A stretch of DNA of 64,000 nucleotides, taken from NCBI GenBank assembly GCA_964057225.1, contig OZ059896.1:6882001-6946000 (forward strand), given 5' to 3'. The notes under the pieces are model-generated. The model searched no databases and had not been told where the DNA came from. It saw nothing but the letters and a program-made list of their open reading frames with translations. This document shows positions 41,540 through 56,000 of this stretch, one piece after another. A program made the position numbers and the translations under genes. Within the stretch, counting starts at the first letter, position 1; every line of letters begins with the position of its first letter. Source of the DNA: Auanema rhodensis (taxonomy: Eukaryota; Animalia; Nematoda).

Positions 41540-43511
41540 ATGGAAACAGAAGCTTGTATAACATTTTCAGACGGCTTAGAAACTGAAACTCCTGATTTGG
41601 ATGATCTTGAGCCTTCTGTTTATGACATAATACCTGTAGGTTGAAATATTGGCTAGTTACGTAAATTAGTATATTTCAGAACAGCTTCGATTTAACCCAA
41701 AATTTTGTACCCACTAGTAGTAGATCACGTAAATTAAAAATGTACTGACACCAGATTTAATTCTTTTTCAGATATACATATAGACTCGACCATTGGTCCT
41801 CGGCAAAAGTTGCAAAATGCCATTGCTGCAGTGAAGAATGATCATCGTTTGGATAGAAACTCTCAGTATGCTACAAGTATTCTTAAAGGTAGTACTTGGA
41901 CAGTTCAATCACAGCAACAGTACACTGGTCATCGCCCATCGTCGAACCACAAGGTTGAGCTAATACTCAACATACTTTCAATAATAACGTATTCAGATGA
42001 AAGTTGTTCCTCGTACTTATTCTACTTTACCGAAGGAGGAACACTTGTCTAGTCGTCATGGTTTATCTTCAGCTTGGATGAAACGGGATACGTACTGTAA
42101 AGTTTCAATATTTTGAACTATATATATAGTTGCAGATCTCCTTCTCATTGCTCCTCCAATATGTTATTCAATAACTATGACATTCGAACACATAGTCTTG
42201 AACCTGAGTTGGAAGAAGATATAGATCGTTGGGCTCATAAAACTGATATTAGTAAATATAATGAAGATGTTGGCAAAGATTTTGCGGTTGTTAAAAGAAG
42301 AAAACAAGCTGTGGTGGTATTGATTGTTATTGTATTTCTTATTGTATTCCATATTTTAGCGTCTTCCTCCTGAGCCTTCTACTCATCCTAAGCCAGGGTT
42401 CTCTTACTCTAGTCTAATTGGGCTAGCTCTAAAAAATAGTGAAAATGGTCAATTAACTGTTTCTGAAATTTATGCATTCATTCTGTTAGTTTCTAAAGTA
42501 ACTAAAATATTTTTATTAAGTTGTTTAGTGAAAACTTTCCCTATTTCCGCACTGCACCATCAGGTTGGAAAAACTCGGTTAGACATAATTTGTCTCTGAA
42601 TAAGTGCTTCCGTAAAGTAGAGGTAAGAGCAATGTTCTTATCAATTAAACCTATTAATTTTAAGGTGGACCCTATGGAAACCCAAACAGCTCGAAAGTCT
42701 TGTTTATGGATGATAAGTCCTGATAAATTGGAGAAAGTGGAGCAGGATATAAGAAAGTGGCGGGATCGCAATCCTGATCCTGCTGCTCATGGATTAGCCA
42801 GGCCGCGTAAGTGTAATATAATTGTTATATTACGTAGATTTTTTTTATAGAAGACATGCTTGCTATCGAAGAAGGAACTAAAGGCTTACCATCCATGAAT
42901 ACCGAGGGACGCGCCCATAGAACTAATAGTGGAAGCTCATCGGTGAAAACGGAATCTTCTTCTCCACAACATCCTTTTGAGACTTTTGATTTTACGGAAA
43001 CTTCCAATCATTTGGATGTTGATGTTGAGGTAAGCTCAATTAATTACTGAACTTTCTTTACCATAATCCAAATTAATTTCCAGATGAAACTTGATTTTAT
43101 TGAAGATCAACTTTGCTTTTCACCAACACCTATGCATGATTCTTTATCTATTCCCTCGGAAGAAAGTGTTCGGCCTCCTTTTAAGGTTCTTTACAGTATT
43201 TAAAATTAATTAAATTTTTTTTTTCAGCGACCATATTCGCACATTCTGGCTAGTCCACCGAAAGAGTTTCTAATGTCTCGTTCTCTTTTGCTTGTTTCAC
43301 CCCCTCGCATAAAAAAGGAAGTCGAATTGTCTGTATCTCCTATAAGGTAATATCTAACATTTTCTTTTCCTCATTCATCGTTTCATGTTTTAGATATATT
43401 GGTTGTTCGAGTTTTGATATTGCTCGTGATGCCCTTAATGATAATTCGCTTATGAGCGCTGCCTTAGGTCAAAGCCCGTACAAAGGTCCTGTAACATTTC
43501 CTGCGTTCTAA
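41540..43511 (+). CDS. Forkhead transcription factor, FoxN1/4 class (multi-exon)
   Basis: Spliced DNA-binding domain [65 protein letters not shown]...[41 protein letters not shown], including the FoxN1/4-type extension after the wing; stop TAA 43509-43511. Confidence 0.88.
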
Positions 43512-43878
43512 AACTTCCTAAAGTTGTACAAATTTTTAAACTTCCTAATTTATATTTATATTCGGCTGGTCCATTGCTACATGCAGCTTTTCACCATTTT
43601 ATATTTACGAGCGTTTGAGCATTAACTTTTAAGTTTGTCTTTCAACCATTGCTGGTGTTTATTTGTGTACATCAATTATATTATTTCACTTAATAACATA
43701 AAAATCCCTATATATAACAAATATCTTTATCCTTACGATTATTTATGATCTCTAATTCGTTTTACCACTGTTTTTATGTAACTAAACAACAATCCTTGAG
43801 TATTTCTCTATTTCTACCTGTTCATGTCTACTTCCATACCTGTCTATAGTCAAACGGGCATGATTTTGTTTCAGTTTC

Positions 43879-44992
<1,114 letters not shown>

Positions 44993-46441
44993 TTTAATCC
45001 GCAATGCCCTTGACAGGATTGGATTTTGTTGATAACGCCTGTGTACACCCAAATTGTTTTTTAGTAATAAAACATTTTCTATACATTGATTATTCTTAAG
45101 TACACTTTTCCCTTTAGAGTGGGCTCGAAGTTAAAAGAAACGGCCTCGTTTAGAGCAATTATACACCGACGGTCAAGTATGTTAAACTTCAAAATTTTCA
45201 ATACTTTTTCATACTTATCCGTTAAATATTCCTAATACTAATCTTCGGACGGAATTGATGGCTAGCTAAGAAATTTAATTTCTTGAATGTATTTCTTTAA
45301 CGGACAACTTCATTTTTATTTGATCGTTGATTGAACCATGAAGATGATTGAATTCGAAAGATTAAATCTGTATATATATTCTATGTTGCTGGTTTTTGCT
45401 AAATTATTATTTATTAAATCGTTAGTAAGCATTTTTATAAATATAATCTAATGTTATAAAACTAAATGTTTTCAAAATATCTTCGTTTGTTTTATTTTTT
45501 GGTAATTGATTTGAAGACAATATTTCAAAAAATCGATAAGAAAAAGTTTTATTTCTCTATGTAATAATATCATTATATTGGTTCTAATACACAGCTGCAA
45601 TACAGTTCAACAAAAGTTCTTTTCCATTTTCTATAAACTTTCTTTGGGCAGCCTTGAAAATATCTTTGATGAAGCAATTTTAATGATATTAATTACTTTC
45701 TCGTTTTACTATCATCTAATCTTTTAAAACATTGTCACTGAATTATAATAACAAATATATTGCTTGTTTCTGTAATTATTGTTAAATACCGCGCTCCAAA
45801 GTAATTAGAATAATTGTGTTATACTCTATTACGGTATCAACCATAATTGGCGTTATTTAATCTGCTAAATGTTCATAAATAATTTTATATAATTTTTTTT
45901 CTTCAGTTTCGCAAATAAAATCAGATGTTCTACTTTTCTTCATTTACTAGAGGGAAATATATCTTAGCGCGCATCTGTGTTTCGGAAAATCGAAAAACTA
46001 TGCCTGAATTGATTGTCTTGCTTATTCTCCCTAACTTCAAATCGAAAACTACTTTTCCATAACATCTTGATCTTGCCGACTGGCTTTGACTTTCTTTAAT
46101 TTGCTAAGTTTAAAATCATGTTTCTTCTCAATAACTTTTTCAAGATAAGCATTGAATCTAAATAAATTATAACTGCACCTATTATCTTTTGCCGCCCTTT
46201 TAATATACTGACTGAATTTGAAAAGGTTTTTGCTTTCGGAAGCGATTGTTATTAGATATTGAATCATGTATGTTTTTCTGATGATATATGGTTCCGGAAT
46301 TTCAACATAATGACGATCCTGTTACCTATTTTAAATACACATACTGTCCATCTGCCATAATATGTTCCTTATATTTGAAGAAGACGTATCTAATGACAGC
46401 TTCTCTATATGCGGTATGATACTTAGGGTCCTCTGAGTTCT

Positions 46442-46564
46442 GCCCCGCCCATTGGCCTTGGGGTCGCGCGTCCTGTCCATCTGGCTGGCTGCGCACCTTT
46501 CTTTCTATCTCACGACTCAAATACGCATTGAACTAGACTCAACTACTACTCTCTACTTTATAAA
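46442..46564 (+). promoter_or_regulatory. Candidate rig-4 core promoter: GC box, inverted CCAAT, TATA
   Basis: GCCCCGCCC (46442-46450) abuts ATTGG (46451-46455) in a local GC-rich island; TATAAA at 46559-46564. Confidence 0.4.
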
Positions 46565-47030
46565 CAGTCCTTGTATTAGATATGTGACGACGTATGTTCA
46601 TGTCTTTACCATTTAATTACCCCATCCGAAATCTTGTACGCCTTCAGTTTGTAGTAGCCTCCCTACAATCTCACTAGCTAGTTTAACTTGACATATTCAA
46701 CATATTCACACTGCTAACAAAGATTTTGATTTCTATTGAAGCCAATTTTATTATTTGTGATTTTAGGTCTTATTCTTAGCTCGTTTAAGACATGTTATGC
46801 TCTTTTTGTTCTCATACATTTTCTATCTATTTGAAATATTTGTCTTCCTATTTCAGAAATGAAATAGCCTTGAGTCACGCTCGTTTGTATTCCTTATCTT
46901 ATCTAACCTTTTATTTGCCTCCTACATTCTATAGAACTTAAATGTCGATTTTTCTATTAGGTCAATTGGCTGTTACTAATTATTTTTTTAAAGATTGTAC
47001 AGTTGTCATGACGATAGAACCGCGATAGAA

Positions 47031-50000
47031 ATGAGAGAATTTTTAAAATTGTTACTTTTAATTTGCTGCATCACCGCGACAACTTCTGATATTGTGAAAG
47101 GAAGACCGCCATATTTTGCTTCGAGCGACACTCATGAAAGAGTATTTGTGAATGAATTTGAGCATCTTTCACTAGAATGTAATGTTCAAAATGCCGATCA
47201 GGTATATTTGCCAAGTGACTATTTTAACTATGTATCATTTTTCAGAATGTTTGGTTTAAAAATAATGTAGACACGGGTGTACGTTCGAAAATATTTTTTT
47301 TAGAAACTGTTAGTAGAAATGATTCAGGAAAATATAGGTAATATCTTATTCTTTTATTGCTTTTATTCACTTCTTTCAAGATGTCTGGGATCGAATGCTA
47401 TTGGGTCTGTATTTTCCGATGAGACCTCGGTGGTTGTTCTATGTAAGTTTTACTTGTTATTCGTATGCAATGAGACAGGGTCAGTTTTTCATTGGAAGAT
47501 ATTTGTTACTAGTCTATTTGCATGAGATCATATTTCTTCTTAATTAGCCGCATGAACTTTATTTTATACTATCACTATGATTATTAATTTGTATGTTTTA
47601 GTTATCGATGATTTTAATCATGTGTCTACTACATACTCTGCTCGAGCTTTCTTAGAAGGCTATTTTATGCTAAAAAGGCCTGACGTTATTGCCAGCCCTG
47701 AAGTAGAAATCGAATTCTCTTGGATGAAAAATGATGAAAAGGTACATTTAATTTTTTCTTTTTTTGTTTGCCTGCTTCGTTAGATTGTTCGTGCTTCTAT
47801 ATTCTTGTGCATTGACCGTCTCATTGACCTCTCCTATTTGCTTTCTAGCTTAGTGGGTTCAGTTTACAATCGACAGTTCGTCTTTTTTGGTATTTTTCGA
47901 TACATTCCACATCTGACATCTTTCTGTGTTTTTCTGAAATGTGGGGTGTTCAACGTGCGTAGAGTTTCGAATATTTTAAAGCGATAGATTTCTGCGACAA
48001 ATTGATCAGTAACCCTTCATTTCCTAACTAAGTGTTTACTCCCCTCAACTTCGATTGACTTATGTCTACGGAAGGGTCTCTTCGTTTTCTTCACTATCAT
48101 CTGGGTATTCTTTGACCAAATTCGCCCAGCCCTATTTGTGAGGTTAAGCTCAAGCTTACAACGCTATTGAAAGATTGGTTGATAAGCATAGCCTGTCTTA
48201 GAATATCTGAGGGATATAAGTCAATACAAAACTTTTGTCGATAGTTATTTAATCTTAATTTTTTTTGGGATTTAGTTTTTTCATAGAGTGAACCATATTA
48301 CCCTAATTTCTGGGCTATTTTACGAAAAAAATTATCGTTCCTCCTATAAAATGTTATGGATTAAGGTTAACCCCGATGGATCGCATTATGTTACTACAAG
48401 AGGTGATCTCGTTGTTACTAATGTTAAGAAATCTGATTTTGGAAGTTACAAGGTTTTATACATTTATTGAGAAACAAAAGTTACCAATTATATTCAGGTG
48501 CTTGGAAGCACCAGTAATTTCGGGGAGTTAATTTCAAAAGAATATCTGGTTATTGAGGATGAAGCAAGGTATTTTTTTTCAAATCTCATTAGTAACATAA
48601 ACAAGTTTTTAGCCGAAATGACTTAGCTTTCGAAATTGTTGCCTCACCAGAAAGTAAAACTATTGTACTTAGAGAAGGACCATTGGATCAAATGTTTGAC
48701 TGCGTAACTTCATTCAGGTCAGGACTCTTTATTCCCACAAATAATTATCCGCTTGTTATAGTTCGGATTATGTGATTCACTGGTTTATGGATGGTTCTCC
48801 CATTACCACAAATACAATAGGTGTTCGATTAAGTAATAGTAACAGGAAATTAACCTTTTTGAATAGTAGCGGCTTTTCTGGTTATAAAAAGGTATGTATA
48901 TTTTTGTGGGCTTGTTAAGACTTTTATATTTTAGGGAGCTCATAACTTGCAATGCAAAGCATCTTCCCGTTCCGGGTTGCTCTTTAAAGAAGCTGTAGCA
49001 GTTGTTAATCTTATTGGTAGTACTAAAATATGTTTTATGATCTCACTGCTTTGAGTTTTACAGGTTTCCCTGTTATAAAACCCTCTTCTTCGGATATACA
49101 GAAGCCCATAGGCTCTAGTGTCTCAATTCAGTGCTATAGTCAAGATACTGAAGCAAAAATCAAATGGTATTTTAACGGAAACAAGGTTTGTATACTTCCT
49201 TTTTTGTTTCGTGTCATTTGTTAGCATCGTGAAACTTTTGAAGTACCTCTTGAGTACTAGATTTTGTGTATACGGAGCTTTCTAAACTTCCCTGCGCAAA
49301 GATTTTCGGTGCAATCAAAAACATATGCCAAAACCTATTAGGCATACTATGTGTTGTAGAATGCGCAATATATGGTACGGTAAATCGTTTCATAACCTTC
49401 TGCGTATGGCTGTTTATTCATTGATTTGTCAATTGTTTATGATTTCCACTAACATTTGCCGTTCTAACCATATGTGGTACCCTCTTCATTTTGTCTTTTG
49501 TTCCATCCTCTCTATGACTAGAGCTGAGATTTGAAGTGGCTTTGCACAATGATGGCAGTACAATGGCGTATATGCTGTTAGTCCTTCACTTTCTCTATCT
49601 AAGAGATGCTGTGATGTATGGGGTGTGAAGAACAGTCAGTAAGGTTTTTGTCATAAGGTCTATGGCCAATTAATAACAGAAACTCTTTCCCCATGATAGC
49701 CATTAGGAGGGTATACTTGTGTTCAACCGGTTCCCGATCTTCAGCATGAAATCGGAGCTAATCCAGGCGAATATTCTTTTGTTGGGTTGTCTTAAATGAC
49801 AAAGTACAGAGAGAATTTTACCGACTAAGAGGGCTAACACCTTACGCATCCAATATATATTTCATTTTATTTCAGATACCTTCTAAAGGGAGATCGTTGT
49901 CAATTTCTCCGATATCTAGTGCAAATTATGGTGTATACCAATGTGAAGCTCGAAACGAAGCTGGTAGCACTTTGCAAACAAGTTGGCTGAAAGAAGGCGA

Positions 50001-53000
50001 GCCAATAGCCGGTGTGTTTGAAGTGTGAAAATTTAAACTAATTAAATAATATAGAAGAAATAATTGTTTTCGACACACCTGCTACAGAACCTCAAGGTGC
50101 TGAAGGCTCAGAACCTTCTATTCTTGAAGGACCATCGTCTGCCACCATTCCTGCTAGTATTGAATCGTTCACCTTGAAATGCTTAGCTGACGGTGACCCC
50201 AAGCCGACTTTACTTTGGAAGTTTGGAGGTGGAAATGTTGTGAATAATAATGTGTATAACCTTCAAAATATTTCAGACAATGTTTTAACAGAAAACACTG
50301 GAAAATATGAGATGAATGCAAATAATTTAATAATTCATGATATAAAAACAGCTGACACAGGACAATATTCATGTATTGCTCGTAATGTTCATGGAACAGA
50401 ATTCAAAACAGCTTTCATATCAGTATCTGGATCAGGTACAATTTATAATTTTTTTTTGTAAATTAGCTTAACGTACAGATCAAAAATTCATTTCGCAACC
50501 TCCTACCAACCAGAGCATGTTAATTGGTACCAGCCTCGACATTCCTTGTGGCGTTCATAATGATTATCGTCAAGACGCAAAAGTTTCTTGGTTTTTCAAT
50601 GTACTTTTTGTGTTATATATACTTTATAATATTTAATACATATTGTAGGATGAAGAAATAACTAATGCAGGAAATTCTCAGTTAAGAATTAGTATAAATC
50701 GAAAAGGAGGACTTCATATTAGTCAAGTTGGACCAGATAGTATCGGAGAATACAGGTATTAGTTTGCGTAATAATTTCTTCTCAGTTGCTTTATTTAAAG
50801 ATGTGAAGTTGCTATTGGAAGTAAAACTGAAGGTGCTTCTATGTGGTTAGAAATTATAGGTAATTCAACGTATGAAGATTTCATGCCATTGAATATATTT
50901 TTAAGAAAAACCAAGCATGCCGACATCTGTATCAGCTGTTCTTGTTAATGACAGCTTACCTGCAAAAATTCGTGTTGATTGGGAGGAAGGTTTTAATGGA
51001 AATTCTCCTATCATCAGGTTTTTTGTCCTATGGTTCATTCATTATCTCATACTTGTTATTTGCAGATACATGATTCAAATGAGAACAATTGGACCAACAG
51101 AATTGTTTAGTGACTGGGAAACTGTGGGCGAAACAGACCCTTCAGAGGTACTTTTTATATATACTGTAACCTTTTGATTTTTTTCGTTTTTAGAGTTGCT
51201 GCTCTTTTTTATTGGATAATCTTAAACCATCTGTCACAGCAGAATTCAGAGTTATAGCTTCTAACAAACATGGTGGTGGCAAACCTTCTTTGCCTTCAGG
51301 TTTGTATATGCAATGCTTAGTTCTTTTATGTTAGATGTATAGATAAGGTAACAATGCCTCAACAACCACCCGCCGCTGCTCCCAAAAATGTTGCAGCTTC
51401 TGCTAGGTCTTCGAACAGTATCATCGTGCAATGGCAAAAGCCACAAGATGAGCAGTTCAGTGGGGATATCTTGGGATATATCATCAGGTGCTTGCTTAAT
51501 GTAACAATGTCAGTTAATTCTAATTTTCCAGATATCGCCTTTCTGGATATACTTTACCTTGGACTGAAAAAAATGTTACTACTCGAGATGCTCGAAATGC
51601 GGTATTATGATCACTAGTTCGACAAATTTCTTATTGTATACTTAAAGGTTATCGATCAGTTAATAACTTGGCAAGAATATGAGATACAAGTTGCGGCATA
51701 CAATGAACGAGGACTTGGTGTATTTAGCAAAAATATATTGGTTACGACAGCTGAAGGAGGTTATTACTTTACAAAATAGTTATTCGAACACAAATTATTT
51801 TCAGTACCAAATCAAGCTCCTAAAAAAGTTAAAGTTGATGTCATTAACTCTACTGCTGTTACTGTATCCTTTATATCTCCAGACCAACAAAGAATTCCTG
51901 GTGTTAACCTCGGATATAAAGTTTGTGTTTGTGATGCAAACTGTAAATTACTCTAAAATTATAGATTCAATTTTGGAAAGGCGATACTGAAAAAGAAACT
52001 TTATTCAAACAAGTAAAAGTTGATCCAACTGCTAGAATGATTAAAGTAGATGTTGATGGACTTGAAAAATTTGGTTTGTTTTATATTTAATAACAACAAT
52101 CATTTCAATGGTTTAAGGACACTATAAATTGACCGTTTTGTGCTATACTTCGCCTGGTGACGGACCCAAGAGTAATCCCGTTGAATTTACAACTAAGGAA
52201 GATATCCCTGATCATGTACATTCTCTTACATTACATGATGTAAATAATACCTATTAACTTATTTTAATTTTAATTTGTCGTTTCTAGGTAACATTTGATG
52301 GAGCGACTGTGATGTGGAATCCGCCTCTTCAACCAAATGGTATTATAACACGATACGTTTTACGTTATTGGAATGATCAAACTCCTGAGGCTAAAACTAC
52401 CATGGAACAAAAAGGAGATCAACACAGTGTTGTTATAACAGGCCTTCAGCCAACTACAAAATACTCAATTGAAATATTTGCTTCAACCTCTGTTGGTGAT
52501 GGGCCACGTGATGAATCGAAATTTGAATCAGGCCGTCCACCAGGCATGTACTTTTTGCTCTTTTTATAATAACCGTTAATTCAGTGTTACCTGAACAACC
52601 CAATTCTCTATCTGTTTCGGATATACAAGCTCGATCAATCCATTTGAGTTTTATACCTGGGCATGATGGTTTTACAGCAATTCGTCAGTGGATTGTGGAA
52701 GCAAAAGTAGCTGAAATGGGAGTTTATTCTAATGTCTTTAATATCAGGTATGTTATATGATATACTCTCTTATTTATCAGTTTTTATAGCGCTCCGAAAG
52801 CGAAGTCCTTTGTAGTTTCGGGACTTCGTCCTTATACACAATATCAACTTCGGTTAGTCGCTGTTAATGTAAAAGGTCGGAGTACGCCCAGTGAACCAAC
52901 GCGAATGTTTGAAGTATACCATTACCGTTACGCCGTTTTTTTAAATTATCTCTCATTAAGACAAAACAAACGGAACCGGAAAGTTTAGCAACGCCTCTTT

Positions 53001-56000
53001 TCGCTGAGCCTGTGTCAGCCACAACCATTTCTTTATCATGGACTCCCTTATTGGCCTCACAATGGAATGGACAACCAAAAGGATATTTAATTCATTATAG
53101 AGTTAAAGGAGAAACAGAATGGGTAATTGAAAAAGTTAGATATGATAAAACCTTACTGATATTATTAAGAAAGAAATAAGAGCTTCATCTCTACGTGCTA
53201 GTGATTTTGTATTGTCGTCTTTATTACCCTTTACAACTTATGAAATTGAGCTTTTTACTGAGAATATGTTTGGAAGAAGTTCCTCTCCAGGCGTTGTGGA
53301 AGCAAAGTGAGACTTGATGTGGATTGCAATTACGCTTCTTACTACATTTAGGACTTATGAAAGTACACCGTCTGCTCCTCCCTTGAATATCCGTGCTATA
53401 AATGAGGGTTTACGCACTGCTGTGGTTCGATGGGCGGATGTACCTCAAGAATCTCGAAATGGTGATATTCTGGGATATACTGTACGTGTTTTGATCTTCA
53501 ATGGTAGCATAATAGAATTCCTTAAGGTGCGAGTTGTTCCTAAAGCGGAGTGGTTAAGGTCAGATGAGACTAGAGTCATTGATGTGCCTGGAACAGAAAA
53601 TCTAATGACCACAATAGCTGGATTGAAAGCCTTTACAGAATACGAAGTTTATGTTTCTGCATATACTATTGTTGGAAATGGCTTAGAGAATACTATTCCT
53701 ACAATCCTTCTAACAGATGAAGATCGTATGTCGTTATAGTGACTTCCAGTATATATTCATTTTTTCTAGTTCCTGGGCCACCGTCGGGAGTCGCATTTTC
53801 AGTGGTCAGTGAAGATGAAGTTCGCCTCAAGTGGACCCCTCCTGAGAATCCTAATGGAAAAATTAAAGTAATTATTGGTTTTTGATTAGTAGACGTTTAA
53901 TTTCTTTTAGAGTTATGTTGTTTCGTATTGGATTACTTCTGAAGGTCCTTCTTCTTCACATCGTACTACTATTCCAACTCTTGGATTTTTCGCTGCAGCT
54001 AGTAATTAATAAGACATTATAAAATATCTAATGATGTTGTTCAGATGTTAAACAGAATACTGGATACACCTTTTCTCTTGCTGCTGTAAATTCTATTGGC
54101 ACTGGACCAGAAGCACAAGTTGAAGTATATACATCATCTGTGAGATGTACGTTTAAGAAAAATCCTTATAATTATATTCTCCAAATGGTTTAGTACCTGT
54201 ACGAAATCCTCCCATGCCTGTTAGGGATGATAGAGCAATTCAATCACCTACTCAAATTTCTATACATTGGGATTATTCATCAAATGGAAAAACAGATGAA
54301 TATGAGGAATCTCCTGTTCGATCAGTTCAAGTTTGTTTTTCTTTTTCTTTTGATACTTAATATCCACATTAGGTTGAATATCAAAAAGCAAATGAAGACT
54401 TATGGACTCCTTCCCTACGTTCTATACCGGGAGATAAAACATCTGTGACTATTAACAGGTAATAAAATTAATATTGAATAGATGATACAATTCCTTTTAA
54501 GACTTTCTCCTAATACTGCTTATCGATTCCGCATCAAATTTGTGGGAGATTTCCAGCCTTCTATTTGGAGTTCTGAATCGGAATGGTTTCGAACATTACC
54601 TGCTGCTCCGGTGGCTATACCTTCTAAAATTACTGTTACTCCATATGATTCTAGTAGTATATTATTGCATTGGACTACGCCCTCTAGGTACCTACCTATA
54701 AAGTATATTAATTAAGAATATTTTGTTTTTAAGGTCGGAATGGAATGCCGATGCAATCGGATATCATATTTCTTATAAGGAATATCCCTCTAATGAAAGT
54801 TGGAGGAGCGATGATTTACCAGCTCAAAGTGAACGTCCAGATGTAGAACAGTATATTTTACCCAAATTGGACAGGTAAAAACATGTATTAAACTTTTTTT
54901 ATCAATATATTATAGTTTCCGTCATTACATAGTCCGAATGAGTGCATATAACTCTGAAGGAGATGGTTCATTTTCCGTTCCTTTATTCGTTTATGTTGGA
55001 TATTCGATTCCTAAGAGGAACATTACACATTTGTCTGGTGAAGCTAAATCATCATCTTCCATTTCTCTAAAATGGGATGAATGGCTTGATGACGGTAGCG
55101 ATTATATCAGTGGATTTAAGGTATCAAAAGTTTATGTTTGTTACATAAAGATTTTTGTCAAGGTTCGATTTGTACCTGTCACATCAATTTTATCTCCGAC
55201 AACTGAAGAAGAACTTATTGTTGTTGAAAACAACTCTTGTGTACTGAGTGATTTGAAAAAGTTTACTGAATATCAGGTAATTGAGTATATTTTACAAATG
55301 TTACAACTATTGGTCTGCAGATAACCGTCTCAGCTTATAACAGAGCTGGAGAAGGAGGAACAAGCGCTGTACGTTTAAGAACAATGGAAGACGTTCCTGG
55401 CCCAGTTAGCAATCTTCGATTTGTTGATGTTCTTCTTAACTCTGTTAAAGTGGTTTGGGATAAACCATTGCTACCCAATGGAGTTGTAACTAAATATACA
55501 GTTCATTACAGAACTTCCAAAGATAAGGTATTTGTATGCATGCAAACCTCTTTTAATAATAGCAAATTTTAGTCTGAGTACACTAATGAAGTTCAAACAT
55601 CAACTGATCATTCCTACTTCATTGCAACTAATTTACGTGAAGGTACAGACTATATATTTACTGTCTGGGCGGAAACATCTGCTGGACGAGGAACAGAATC
55701 TATAGCTAATGTAACTATTGGTCCTAGTACAAGTACGTGCATCGTGTTTTACAAATTACAACCTCAAATCTGTTAAGGCGGTCCACCAGCACCTACAACG
55801 CCTACGGTAATTCCGGGCCAATCATCTGTCACCATCTCATGGAAAGATTCAATCAACCACAGAATTGTGGGGCATCTGATTCAAGCTAAACGAGTTTCTG
55901 TTGTTTCTCTTGTAAGCATTTTTCATTGATCTTTTTAGTTTTTATGCCTAATTTAGCCTACAAGTACCCCGATACAAAGACGACATTCGAGATCACCACC

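Noticed and set aside
46049-46520. Two short minus-strand ORFs upstream of rig-4
   Set aside because: No recognisable domain or convincing splice linkage; one overlaps the GC-rich promoter-like island
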